Source: Candidatus Woesearchaeota archaeon (lineage in GTDB: Archaea > Nanobdellota > Nanobdellia > Woesearchaeales > BM511). From it: a stretch of DNA of 64,000 nt. A program made the position numbers and the translations under genes. Each line of letters begins with the position of its first letter. The first letter of the stretch is position 1. Positions 1 through 7,733 of this stretch are shown here, in pieces. The notes below the pieces were generated by a model. The model was given only the letters and a program-made list of their open reading frames with translations, was not told the origin of the DNA and made no database searches. The stretch covers positions 22,626 to 86,625 of the forward strand of contig PKTL01000049.1 in NCBI GenBank assembly GCA_002867475.1. Reading direction: 5' to 3'.

Positions 1-558
1 AAAGAGACTGATATGGAGCAAAGAATATTCATAACAAAAATGTATACAATCACAATTTATCTTTTAGCATTTGCATTGATACTTTGGAAAATTGGAGTCA
101 CAGCAAATAATATAGCAATATTTTTAGGGCTTGCAGCAACAGGAATAGCATTTGCAATAAGAGATGTTTTGATGGCATTTTTCGCATGGTATATAATACT
201 GCAAAAAAGACCTTTTAGGATAAATGATATAATAAAAATAGGTGATGAGATAGGTCAAGTATCAAGGATAGGAACATTCTTTGTAACATTAAATGTTGAA
301 GGGGATAAAAAAACAATCATAAAAGTTCCAAACAAGACATTCTTAGAGAAAAATATAATCAATCAAGGAAAAAAAATAAGTGATAAGATAAAAATTCAAG
401 TGAAAAAATTCAAGGATATACAGATAGAAGATGTGATTGTATCAAAAGAGCTAATGGATGACAAGAAATATATGATGTTCAATTTCCAAAGAAATTTTGA
501 GGATTTCACAAAAAAAGAAGAGATAATAAAAATATTAGAAAAAAATAAGATTATATGA
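1..558 (+). CDS. MscS-family mechanosensitive channel, 5' partial
   Basis: Track ORF 13..558, and the frame stays open back to nt 1. TM helices are followed by 'RPFRINDIIKIGDEIGQVSRIGTFFVTL...KVPN', typical of the MscS beta domain. Confidence 0.7.
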   Translation, partial: KETDMEQRIFITKMYTITIYLLAFALILWKIGVTANNIAIFLGLAATGIAFAIRDVLMAFFAWYIILQKRPFRINDIIKIGDEIGQVSRIGTFFVTLNVEGDKKTIIKVPNKTFLEKNIINQGKKISDKIKIQVKKFKDIQIEDVIVSKELMDDKKYMMFNFQRNFEDFTKKEEIIKILEKNKII

Positions 559-922
559 TTTTTTTGATATTTTCAAGAAGCATTATGTGCTTTGCATCTT
601 TTAGATGATTTCTTTCCTTTTTCCATTTCAGAACATTTTCAATATTGACAAAAGGCAATCCTTCTATGAAATCTGCAGTGTCGATCAATTTATCTATATT
701 ATCAAAACCTGGCCAATCATAAAAAATTTCAATGTCTCCAATTTCAATTTTATGACCTTTATCTCCATACTTTTTTGATAATTCATCCCACAAATCTTTT
801 TTTGCTATTATGTCAATATCTCTCCAAGGTATAAGATTTCTGATGCAAAGTTGTCCACTACCAAAAATAGCAAAAGAATTTACTGGTAAATTCAATTTTT
901 TTAATTTTTCAACTAATTCCAT
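551..922 (-). CDS. hypothetical protein, minimal nucleotidyltransferase-fold-like
   Basis: 123-aa ORF. 'FGSGQLCIRNLIPWRDIDII' resembles the GS...DxD signature of pol-beta-type nucleotidyltransferases. The functional call is weak. Confidence 0.45.
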   Translation of the reverse strand: MELVEKLKKLNLPVNSFAIFGSGQLCIRNLIPWRDIDIIAKKDLWDELSKKYGDKGHKIEIGDIEIFYDWPGFDNIDKLIDTADFIEGLPFVNIENVLKWKKERNHLKDAKHIMLLENIKKII

Positions 923-966
923 AAAAATAATAATAAAATAATAATATAAAAAATAATAGGTTTATT

Positions 967-1974
967 TCAAAGTTTTTTATTTTTTAAAACCTCTGCAATC
1001 TGAACAGCGTTAAGTGCTGCACCTTTCAGTAGCTGATCACCACAGACAAAAAATTCAAGTCCATGATCTCCAAAAACAAGATTCTGCCTAATCCGACCAA
1101 CTTCAACATCGTATTTCTTAGTTGCTGTAATCGGCATAGGGTATATATCATTCTCTATATCATCCTTGACCATTATGCCTTTCGCTACTTCAAACCTTTT
1201 TCTTACATCAACAGCATCTATTGGTTTTTCTGTTTCAACAACAATACTTTCAGCATGCACTCTCATTGTAGGGATCCTAACACAAGTGCAACTTATAGGC
1301 ATATCTTTCTCACCAAATATCTTATTTGTCTCCCAAACAACCTTCATCTCTTCTCTTGTATATTCATTATCTTGAAAACTATCAATATGGGGAATCAGAT
1401 TGAAAGGGATAGGATGAGCAAAAGCTTCATTGATCACTTGTCTTCCTTCCAGATAATTTTTAGTTTGTTCACTAAGCTCATTCATACCTGCAGCACCAGC
1501 ACCACTAGTTGCTTGATAAGTGCTGATGATAACTTTCTTTAAACCATATGCTTTATGGATCTCATAAAGAGGTATAGCTGCAATAGCTGTAGTGCAATTA
1601 GGATTAGCTATAAGCTTAGAATCACCAATCGCATCACTATTGATTTCTGGAATCACTAAAGGAACAGCATCATCATACCTAAAAGCGCTACTATTATCGA
1701 TTACAAAACAGCCATCATTAGTTGCTTTTCTAGCGTTAGCTTGACTCCAACTTCCACTAATAGCAAAAAAAGCTATATCTAATTCTGAATAATCAGCATT
1801 TTCAGCATCTTCAATAATGATATTTCCAAAAGGAGTATCCATTGATTTACCTGCGCTTCTAGCACTTGCATAAAGCCTTAATCTTTCAACAGGAAAACTT
1901 CTATCCTGAAGCACTTCTATTATTTCTTTTCCAACAGCGCCAGTAGCACCCATTATACCTATTCTAAGGTTCAT
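967..1974 (-). CDS. asd: aspartate-semialdehyde dehydrogenase
   Basis: 'GIMGATGAVG' Rossmann motif and active-site 'NPNCTT'. AGGTGAT Shine-Dalgarno lies 4 nt before the in-frame ATG at 1974; the track ORF runs to 1983. Confidence 0.9.
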   Translation of the reverse strand: MNLRIGIMGATGAVGKEIIEVLQDRSFPVERLRLYASARSAGKSMDTPFGNIIIEDAENADYSELDIAFFAISGSWSQANARKATNDGCFVIDNSSAFRYDDAVPLVIPEINSDAIGDSKLIANPNCTTAIAAIPLYEIHKAYGLKKVIISTYQATSGAGAAGMNELSEQTKNYLEGRQVINEAFAHPIPFNLIPHIDSFQDNEYTREEMKVVWETNKIFGEKDMPISCTCVRIPTMRVHAESIVVETEKPIDAVDVRKRFEVAKGIMVKDDIENDIYPMPITATKKYDVEVGRIRQNLVFGDHGLEFFVCGDQLLKGAALNAVQIAEVLKNKKL

Positions 1975-2872
1975 TTGAATCACCTGTGAGATTTCTTTCT
2001 GATAAGAAAACTTCTAATCTTTCCTTGTTTTCAGGCATCAATTCACACATAGGAAGCCTATATACTTCTTCTATTTTTCCTTGAAGTGCAAGAGTGGCTT
2101 TTACAGGGATTGGACTTGTCTCTATAAACATCATCTCAAAAAATGGTTGAAGTTCATTATTCAATTCACTAGCTCTTTCAAAATCCTCATCGATTGAAGC
2201 ATCAGCTAGCTCAACTACTTTTTCAGGGATCACATTTGAAGCAACGCTGATGATTCCATCGCCACCATTTCGTATGATCTCAAAAGTCAAAGCATCATCT
2301 CCAGACATCACTGAAAAATCATCAGGAGTTCTACTGATAACTTCCTTGATCTGTTCCATATCTCCGCTTGCTTCCTTCACACCTCGAACATTAGGAGCTT
2401 CATTAATTATTCTAATCAATGTATCTGTCTCCAGATTAACACTAGATCTTCCTTTTATGTTATAGATCACAACAGGTATATTGACAGCTTTTGCAACAGT
2501 TGTGAAATGCCTAAAAAGACCTTCTTGAGTCGGCTTATTATAATAAGGATTAACAAGCATCACACTATCAACACCTGCTTTTTCAGCATGTATAGACATA
2601 TCAATAGCTTCTCTTGTAGAGTTTGAACCAGTACCTGCAAGAACTTTCACTCTACTATCAACAATCTTAACTGTCTCTTCAATAATTCTATTGTGTTCGT
2701 CATGACTAAGTGTTGGACTTTCACCAGTAGTGCCACAAGGAACAATACCCTCAACACCATTATCTATCTGAAACTCAATCAATTCTCTAAGCTTTCCATA
2801 ATCAACTTCTTCATTATCATCAAAAGGAGTAACTATCGCAGTATAAACTCCTCCAAATATTTTTTCTCTCAT
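1964..2872 (-). CDS. dapA: 4-hydroxy-tetrahydrodipicolinate synthase
   Basis: 'VPCGTTGES', 'YNKP' and the Schiff-base region 'VRGVKEASGD'. GGAGGGG Shine-Dalgarno precedes the ATG. Overlaps the asd start. Confidence 0.9.
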   Translation of the reverse strand: MREKIFGGVYTAIVTPFDDNEEVDYGKLRELIEFQIDNGVEGIVPCGTTGESPTLSHDEHNRIIEETVKIVDSRVKVLAGTGSNSTREAIDMSIHAEKAGVDSVMLVNPYYNKPTQEGLFRHFTTVAKAVNIPVVIYNIKGRSSVNLETDTLIRIINEAPNVRGVKEASGDMEQIKEVISRTPDDFSVMSGDDALTFEIIRNGGDGIISVASNVIPEKVVELADASIDEDFERASELNNELQPFFEMMFIETSPIPVKATLALQGKIEEVYRLPMCELMPENKERLEVFLSERNLTGDSNEP

Positions 2873-2890
2873 ATTAATTCCCCTCCAAGA

Positions 2891-3637
2891 TCAATCTTTG
2901 ATCAATTCATTCATCATATCTTCAATGCCAAAAAAACCCTTTTTACCAGTGATCCATACACTAGCATGAACCGCTCCGCTAGCAAAACCCATCCTGTTTC
3001 TAGCGACATGTTTTAATTCTATGGTATCTGCATCACTGTCAAAAAAAACGCTATGTGTTCCAGGAACACTACCTAAACGAGTACTGCTAAAATGAAGCTC
3101 ATCATCGCCAATTTTCCTATCAATAATATCAAAAACAGCATTTGATTTCCTATCAATATTATTTATCAATATGTTAGCGATGCTTCTAGCAGTACCACTA
3201 GGACTATCCAATTTCTGATTATGATGGAACTCATGACCTGCGATATCATATTCATCAAAAATATTGATAAGTTTTGATGCATTTTCAATGATCCTAAAAA
3301 ACAGATTAACACCTGTTGAAAAATTGCTTGCCCAAATCAGACCAATATTACTTCTTTCAACCAATTCTCTAACTTCATTAATATTTTCATACCATCCAGT
3401 GGTTCCAATAACTGCATTGATGTTATTATCGCAATAAAATCTGATATTATCTATTATGACCTCAGGATTTGTAAAATCAATAGCAACATTAAAAGTATCA
3501 CTAGGAGCATCTCTTAACAGACTATGATCTGCATCATCATGATTCGGATCTACAATCACCACATCAATATTTCTATCTCTAGCAATAGACGCAATCATCT
3601 GTCCCATCTTTCCATAACCAACTATTCCAATTCTCAT
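2891..3637 (-). CDS. dapB: 4-hydroxy-tetrahydrodipicolinate reductase
   Basis: N-terminal 'IGIVGYGKMGQ' plus the DapB signature 'EFHHNQKLDSPSGTA'. Confidence 0.88.
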   Translation of the reverse strand: MRIGIVGYGKMGQMIASIARDRNIDVVIVDPNHDDADHSLLRDAPSDTFNVAIDFTNPEVIIDNIRFYCDNNINAVIGTTGWYENINEVRELVERSNIGLIWASNFSTGVNLFFRIIENASKLINIFDEYDIAGHEFHHNQKLDSPSGTARSIANILINNIDRKSNAVFDIIDRKIGDDELHFSSTRLGSVPGTHSVFFDSDADTIELKHVARNRMGFASGAVHASVWITGKKGFFGIEDMMNELIKD

Positions 3638-3652
3638 TTCATTTACCTCTAT

Positions 3653-4054
3653 CTAGTGATCTTTTAATATCGTATAAGTTTTGGTGTCATTTACTCCTTC
3701 TATTTTTCTTATCAATTCAACTGAATCATTCAATTCTGAAATGGTGCTGCTTTCAATATTACAAACAACACTATATTCTCCACTAATCTCATAAATCTTA
3801 ACAATGTCATTTATCTCCATGATTTTTTCAACAATTTTTGAAGTCTCGATACCTGCTATTGTCTCAACCATGCAAATAGCTGAAACATCAGTTGAAGCAA
3901 TAACTGTGAATCTTTTTATTTTACCGTTTTCTGTAAGGGATTTTATACGGTTCCTGATTGTTCCTTCTGAAACTCCAAGATTTCTAGCAATATTCTGATT
4001 ACTTTCTCTAGCATTATTTTTCAAGATTCTAATTATTTTCTTATCAATATCCAT
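3653..4054 (-). CDS. Lrp/AsnC-family transcriptional regulator
   Basis: HTH 'SNQNIARNLGVSEGTIRNRIKSL' followed by a small ligand-binding (RAM-like) domain. Embedded in the ask-dap operon and overlaps the ask stop. Confidence 0.8.
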   Translation of the reverse strand: MDIDKKIIRILKNNARESNQNIARNLGVSEGTIRNRIKSLTENGKIKRFTVIASTDVSAICMVETIAGIETSKIVEKIMEINDIVKIYEISGEYSVVCNIESSTISELNDSVELIRKIEGVNDTKTYTILKDH

Positions 4055-5366
4055 TTTCTATAAACCTCTCATGAAGCAGTCTTACTGCTTTATCACCATT
4101 CTCTTCATCAATTACAAAACCGACATTTATCAGGCTTGCACCTTGTGAAATCATCCTAACATTTATACCTTCATTTTCAATACATGAAAATATCTCACTT
4201 TGGATCCTGTTATTGTTTCTTAGATTTCTTCCAACAACACAAATAATACTAACATCATTTCTGATGCTTACATTCCCAAGTTCTTCTAATTCCTCAATCA
4301 ATGAAGTATAAGTATCGGAATTTAGAGTCATTGAAACTGAAACTTCACTTGTTGCAATCATATCAACACTAACTTCATACTTTTCAAAGATTGAAAATAT
4401 TCTAGCTAAAAATCCATGAGCATTAAGCATTCTTGCAGATTCAATCCTGAGTATCATTACGTTTCTCTTGATGCTGATTGAAGTAACAATAGATTCATCT
4501 TCTGTGTTGTTTACTATAGTTGTTCCAGGATGGTCCTGGTTCATAGTGTTCTTCACAACAACATTGATATTTTTTTCAACTGCTGGAATTATTGTTCTAG
4601 GATGAAGCACTTTAGCACCAAAATATGCTAGTTCTGCAGCTTCATTGAAAGTCATCTCACTGATTGGTTGCACATTGCTACATATCCTTGGATCTGTAGT
4701 CATGACTCCATCAACATCAGTCCATATCTGGATTTCATCAGCATTGATGCTTGCACCAACTATTGCAGCAGTAAAGTCGCTACCACCTCTTCCAAGAGTG
4801 GTTATCCTACCATCAAGATTCTTACCTATAAAACCTGTGATAATTGGAATCCCTTCAATGTTTTGCAGGTTTTCATCTATCTTTTGGTATGCAATGCTTA
4901 ATGGTTGAGCATCACCAAACTTATTATCCGTTAACATACCAATTGTGTATGCCGGGTGGTGCGTTGATTCAAATCCAAGCTTATTTAGATTAGCACTTAC
5001 AATTCTTTAACTCATCCTTTCACCAAATGAGGTTATCAGATCCATATTTTCAGCACTGATTCTATTAAGGCTATCATATGTATCTTTTAGCGATTCAAAA
5101 AGATCATCAAGTAGGTTTCTATCAATTTCTAATTCGTCCAGTATAGTATTGTGTTTTATGATGATATCTTCTATCACTTCATCAACACTTCTTTCATTTA
5201 CTGAAATGCTTCTAGCTCCATTAATCAACATGTCTGTCACTCCACCAACCGCTGAAACCACAACTACTGGATCTTGGTCGATTCTTGATATGATTATTTC
5301 ACATGTTTGGTTGATCCTTTGACTATTACCAACACTGGTTCCCCCAAATTTCATTACTATTGCCAT
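4044..5366 (-). pseudogene. lysC: aspartate kinase interrupted by one in-frame TAA (5007..5009)
   Basis: ORFs 5007..5366 ('KFGGTSVG', '...SFGERMS') and 4044..4937 (C-terminal kinase lobe plus ACT domains) share a frame (5366-4937=429). The 23 codons between them carry no further stop. Confidence 0.85.
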
Positions 5367-5420
5367 AATTATAAGTAGTACGACTTTATATATAAATGTT
5401 ACGATTAATAATAAATTTAT

Positions 5421-5433
5421 TACGATATTCGTA
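5421..5433. promoter_or_regulatory. 13-nt palindrome TACGATATTCGTA upstream of the ask operon; candidate operator
   Basis: Perfect TACGA-TAT-TCGTA dyad about 55-67 nt upstream of the ask ATG. Related TTACGAT and GTACGAC half-sites lie at about 5399 and 5379. A TTTATATATA box sits about 22 nt before the ATG. Confidence 0.3.
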
Positions 5434-5466
5434 AAAAGAAGTTATAAAAAAAAGAAAAAGTTCTAT

Positions 5467-5943
5467 TTAGAACTTTGAATCATATTTGCCTTCATCAATA
5501 TCTTTTAGAACAACTGGTGCTCTTTTTCCATCGATGTTGATACCCATTGCTTGAGCAGTACCTACAATTTCTTTACACTTCATCTTAAGGTTCTTTCCAA
5601 GAAGTGCGTCAGCTTTTGTCTTAGCAATATCAATTATTGTATCCATTGTTATATCTGCTGCAACTTCTGTTAATGGATTACTTGCAGCTTTTTTGATTCC
5701 AGCTTCTTTTTTTAGAAGTGCACTAGCTGGTGGTGTACCAATACTGATTTCAAAAGCTTTTGTTTCAGTGTCAACTGTTACTTTTACTGGTACTTGCATA
5801 CCTGCAAGAGCTTTAGTTTTCTCGTTGATCTCTCCAACAACTTGGCCAATATTTACTTTTAATGGTCCTAGTGCTGGTCCTAGAGGTGGTGCTGCTGTAG
5901 CTTTACCGCCTTCAATTACTACGTCTATACTTTCTTTTGCCAT
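5467..5943 (-). CDS. rpl11: 50S ribosomal protein uL11
   Basis: 'PPLGPALGPLKVNIGQV' and overall uL11 layout. The likely start is the in-frame ATG at 5943 ('MAKESIDVV'); the track ORF extends to 5961. Confidence 0.9.
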   Translation of the reverse strand: MAKESIDVVIEGGKATAAPPLGPALGPLKVNIGQVVGEINEKTKALAGMQVPVKVTVDTETKAFEISIGTPPASALLKKEAGIKKAASNPLTEVAADITMDTIIDIAKTKADALLGKNLKMKCKEIVGTAQAMGINIDGKRAPVVLKDIDEGKYDSKF

Positions 5944-6032
5944 ATTGTTTGTCTCCCACAACTAAACTGCTTTGAATTTAGCGTGTTGGATGCCTTTTTA
6001 GGGCTACCGGTTTATCTAGTAGAAATAGTGGT

Positions 6033-6776
6033 TTATTTAAAAAGGTTATCAATTATATTACTTGCTTTTTGTGGGGTTTCTAAAAACCAGAAATGATTTC
6101 TATCGGGTAAAACCATCAGTTCAATATTGTCTTTTTTACCAAGCATTTTCAATTTTTCTTTAGTTTTTCCTTTAAAAAATTCATCATGTTCTGAATAAAT
6201 CACAGAAGTCTTTTTTTTGACATCGAAAAGATCCCAATCCTGATCTGCAATATTTGTCATTATATTATGTGTTGAGACAGGATCTTTCAATGAATTTTTT
6301 AATAAACCAAGTACTCCAAGATTATATTTTTTTGTAAGGTTTAAAGCATGATATGTCATCATAGCATGGGGCACGAAAAAATCCTTATAGAACCTGGAAG
6401 GCATTATGGGATTCATAGCTATTGAGCCTGCATCGCTTTCATCTTCAGATTTGTTCATCATAAGAACAACTCCTCCTCCAGTTGAATGTCCAACTTTCAA
6501 ATAATCTTCAAGTCCAATCTCCTTTGTGAATTCGCTAGTAATATTTGCATAATCTTCTAGAGTTGTAGGTTGATTTTTTAAGCAATTCACTCCATACATT
6601 ACAGGTGCGATGATTTCATATTTTAAGGATAACCAACCAAGAAGTGGTGTATATTTGTGTGGCGCGGTTCCAAAACCATGAAGAAAAAGTAACGGCTTTT
6701 TTTTGGGACCTGTCCTAAAATAGGTTATTTCTTCATCAAATCTATCCGTTTTCAAATGTAATTTGTTATATGCCAT
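6033..6776 (-). CDS. alpha/beta-fold hydrolase
   Basis: 'LLFLHGFG' oxyanion region, nucleophile elbow 'GHSTGG', and a C-terminal 'DRNHF' His region. Confidence 0.7.
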   Translation of the reverse strand: MAYNKLHLKTDRFDEEITYFRTGPKKKPLLFLHGFGTAPHKYTPLLGWLSLKYEIIAPVMYGVNCLKNQPTTLEDYANITSEFTKEIGLEDYLKVGHSTGGGVVLMMNKSEDESDAGSIAMNPIMPSRFYKDFFVPHAMMTYHALNLTKKYNLGVLGLLKNSLKDPVSTHNIMTNIADQDWDLFDVKKKTSVIYSEHDEFFKGKTKEKLKMLGKKDNIELMVLPDRNHFWFLETPQKASNIIDNLFK

Positions 6777-7128
6777 TTTCTTCCTTAATATCAGTTAATA
6801 ATTGGGCAAGGTATGGTTTTAGTTCATCAATATTATCAAAATAATTTTGTTTTATTCCACTTTTTAATGCGGGGCCATACACTTGTATCTTATAATCAAG
6901 CAAAGGGAAATCAGGAGGTGAAACAATACTGATTTGACCATGACCTCCTGTGTTGAGTTCATTATTTTTATATTGATAAGAAATATTATACCATTCTTTT
7001 CCGTTATCAATTGAAGGCCAGGTATTTCCAATGGTCAAGTTCTTTATTCTCATTCGTGGAAATAAAGGTTTATCTTCATCATATGGTTGCTTAATACAGG
7101 TTTCGATTGTTTCCTTAAGCCCTTTCAT
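6766..7128 (-). CDS. hypothetical protein
   Basis: 120-aa ORF overlapping the downstream hydrolase start by 11 nt (operon-like). No recognisable motif. Confidence 0.5.
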   Translation of the reverse strand: MKGLKETIETCIKQPYDEDKPLFPRMRIKNLTIGNTWPSIDNGKEWYNISYQYKNNELNTGGHGQISIVSPPDFPLLDYKIQVYGPALKSGIKQNYFDNIDELKPYLAQLLTDIKEENGI

Positions 7129-7206
7129 ATATTTAATTACTATTTAGTAGTATATAAATCTTTTCTTTGAGGAAACTTTAAATAATAATGTTGATTTCTT
7201 TTTATT

Positions 7207-7605
7207 ATGGGGTTAGTATTTAATTTTAGGGATGATGATTTTTTAAAACTAAAAGATAGTGTTATAGAACCTAAAAAAACAATTAATTATTCTTCAGACA
7301 TATTGAAAGGAATTTTTTACTTTTTCCCAGAAGATAGATCTTCATTTATATATGAAACTGGAAGATTTCAAGAATTCTTTGACAAAAGAAAAAGCGAAGA
7401 TAATATATTAAGAACATTCAGACCAAAAGCAGCATATGACTCATTACATATATCTAATTTAATAACTTATCCTCATCTAGGATCAAATCAATACACTTTC
7501 TCAGAAAAATGTAGGGAAATGTTTCCAAAAGATTATTTCAAACCTCAAGAATTAAATGAGCTTGAAAAGATCTCATTAGAGTTCCAGGAAGAATTTGGAA
7601 TTTAA
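7207..7605 (+). CDS. hypothetical protein
   Basis: 132-aa ORF with a promoter-like AAACTTTAAATA box about 25 nt upstream. No recognisable motif. Confidence 0.5.
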   Translation: MGLVFNFRDDDFLKLKDSVIEPKKTINYSSDILKGIFYFFPEDRSSFIYETGRFQEFFDKRKSEDNILRTFRPKAAYDSLHISNLITYPHLGSNQYTFSEKCREMFPKDYFKPQELNELEKISLEFQEEFGI

Positions 7606-7733
7606 TCACTGGACAGCTAGACATTTCTTGCCAAATCTTTTATAAAATGTTTAATATTCTCAAAAGTTAAACACTACTCTTATAAACAGGAAATTTGTCC
7701 AAAGTATCAAAAAGATACAAAACAACTAAAAAA

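Noticed and set aside
1063-1542. Long antisense or overlapping track ORFs. Examples: 1063..1542, 9410..9817, 27253..27669, 27724..28005, 40163..40495, 44084..44524, 45146..45478, 45760..46071 and 58274..58705.
   Set aside because: Each lies entirely inside, and opposite to or out of frame with, a gene that has strong family motifs. Their translations are low-complexity or Ser/Leu/Ile/Phe-rich shadow sequences with no motifs and no Shine-Dalgarno or promoter context.
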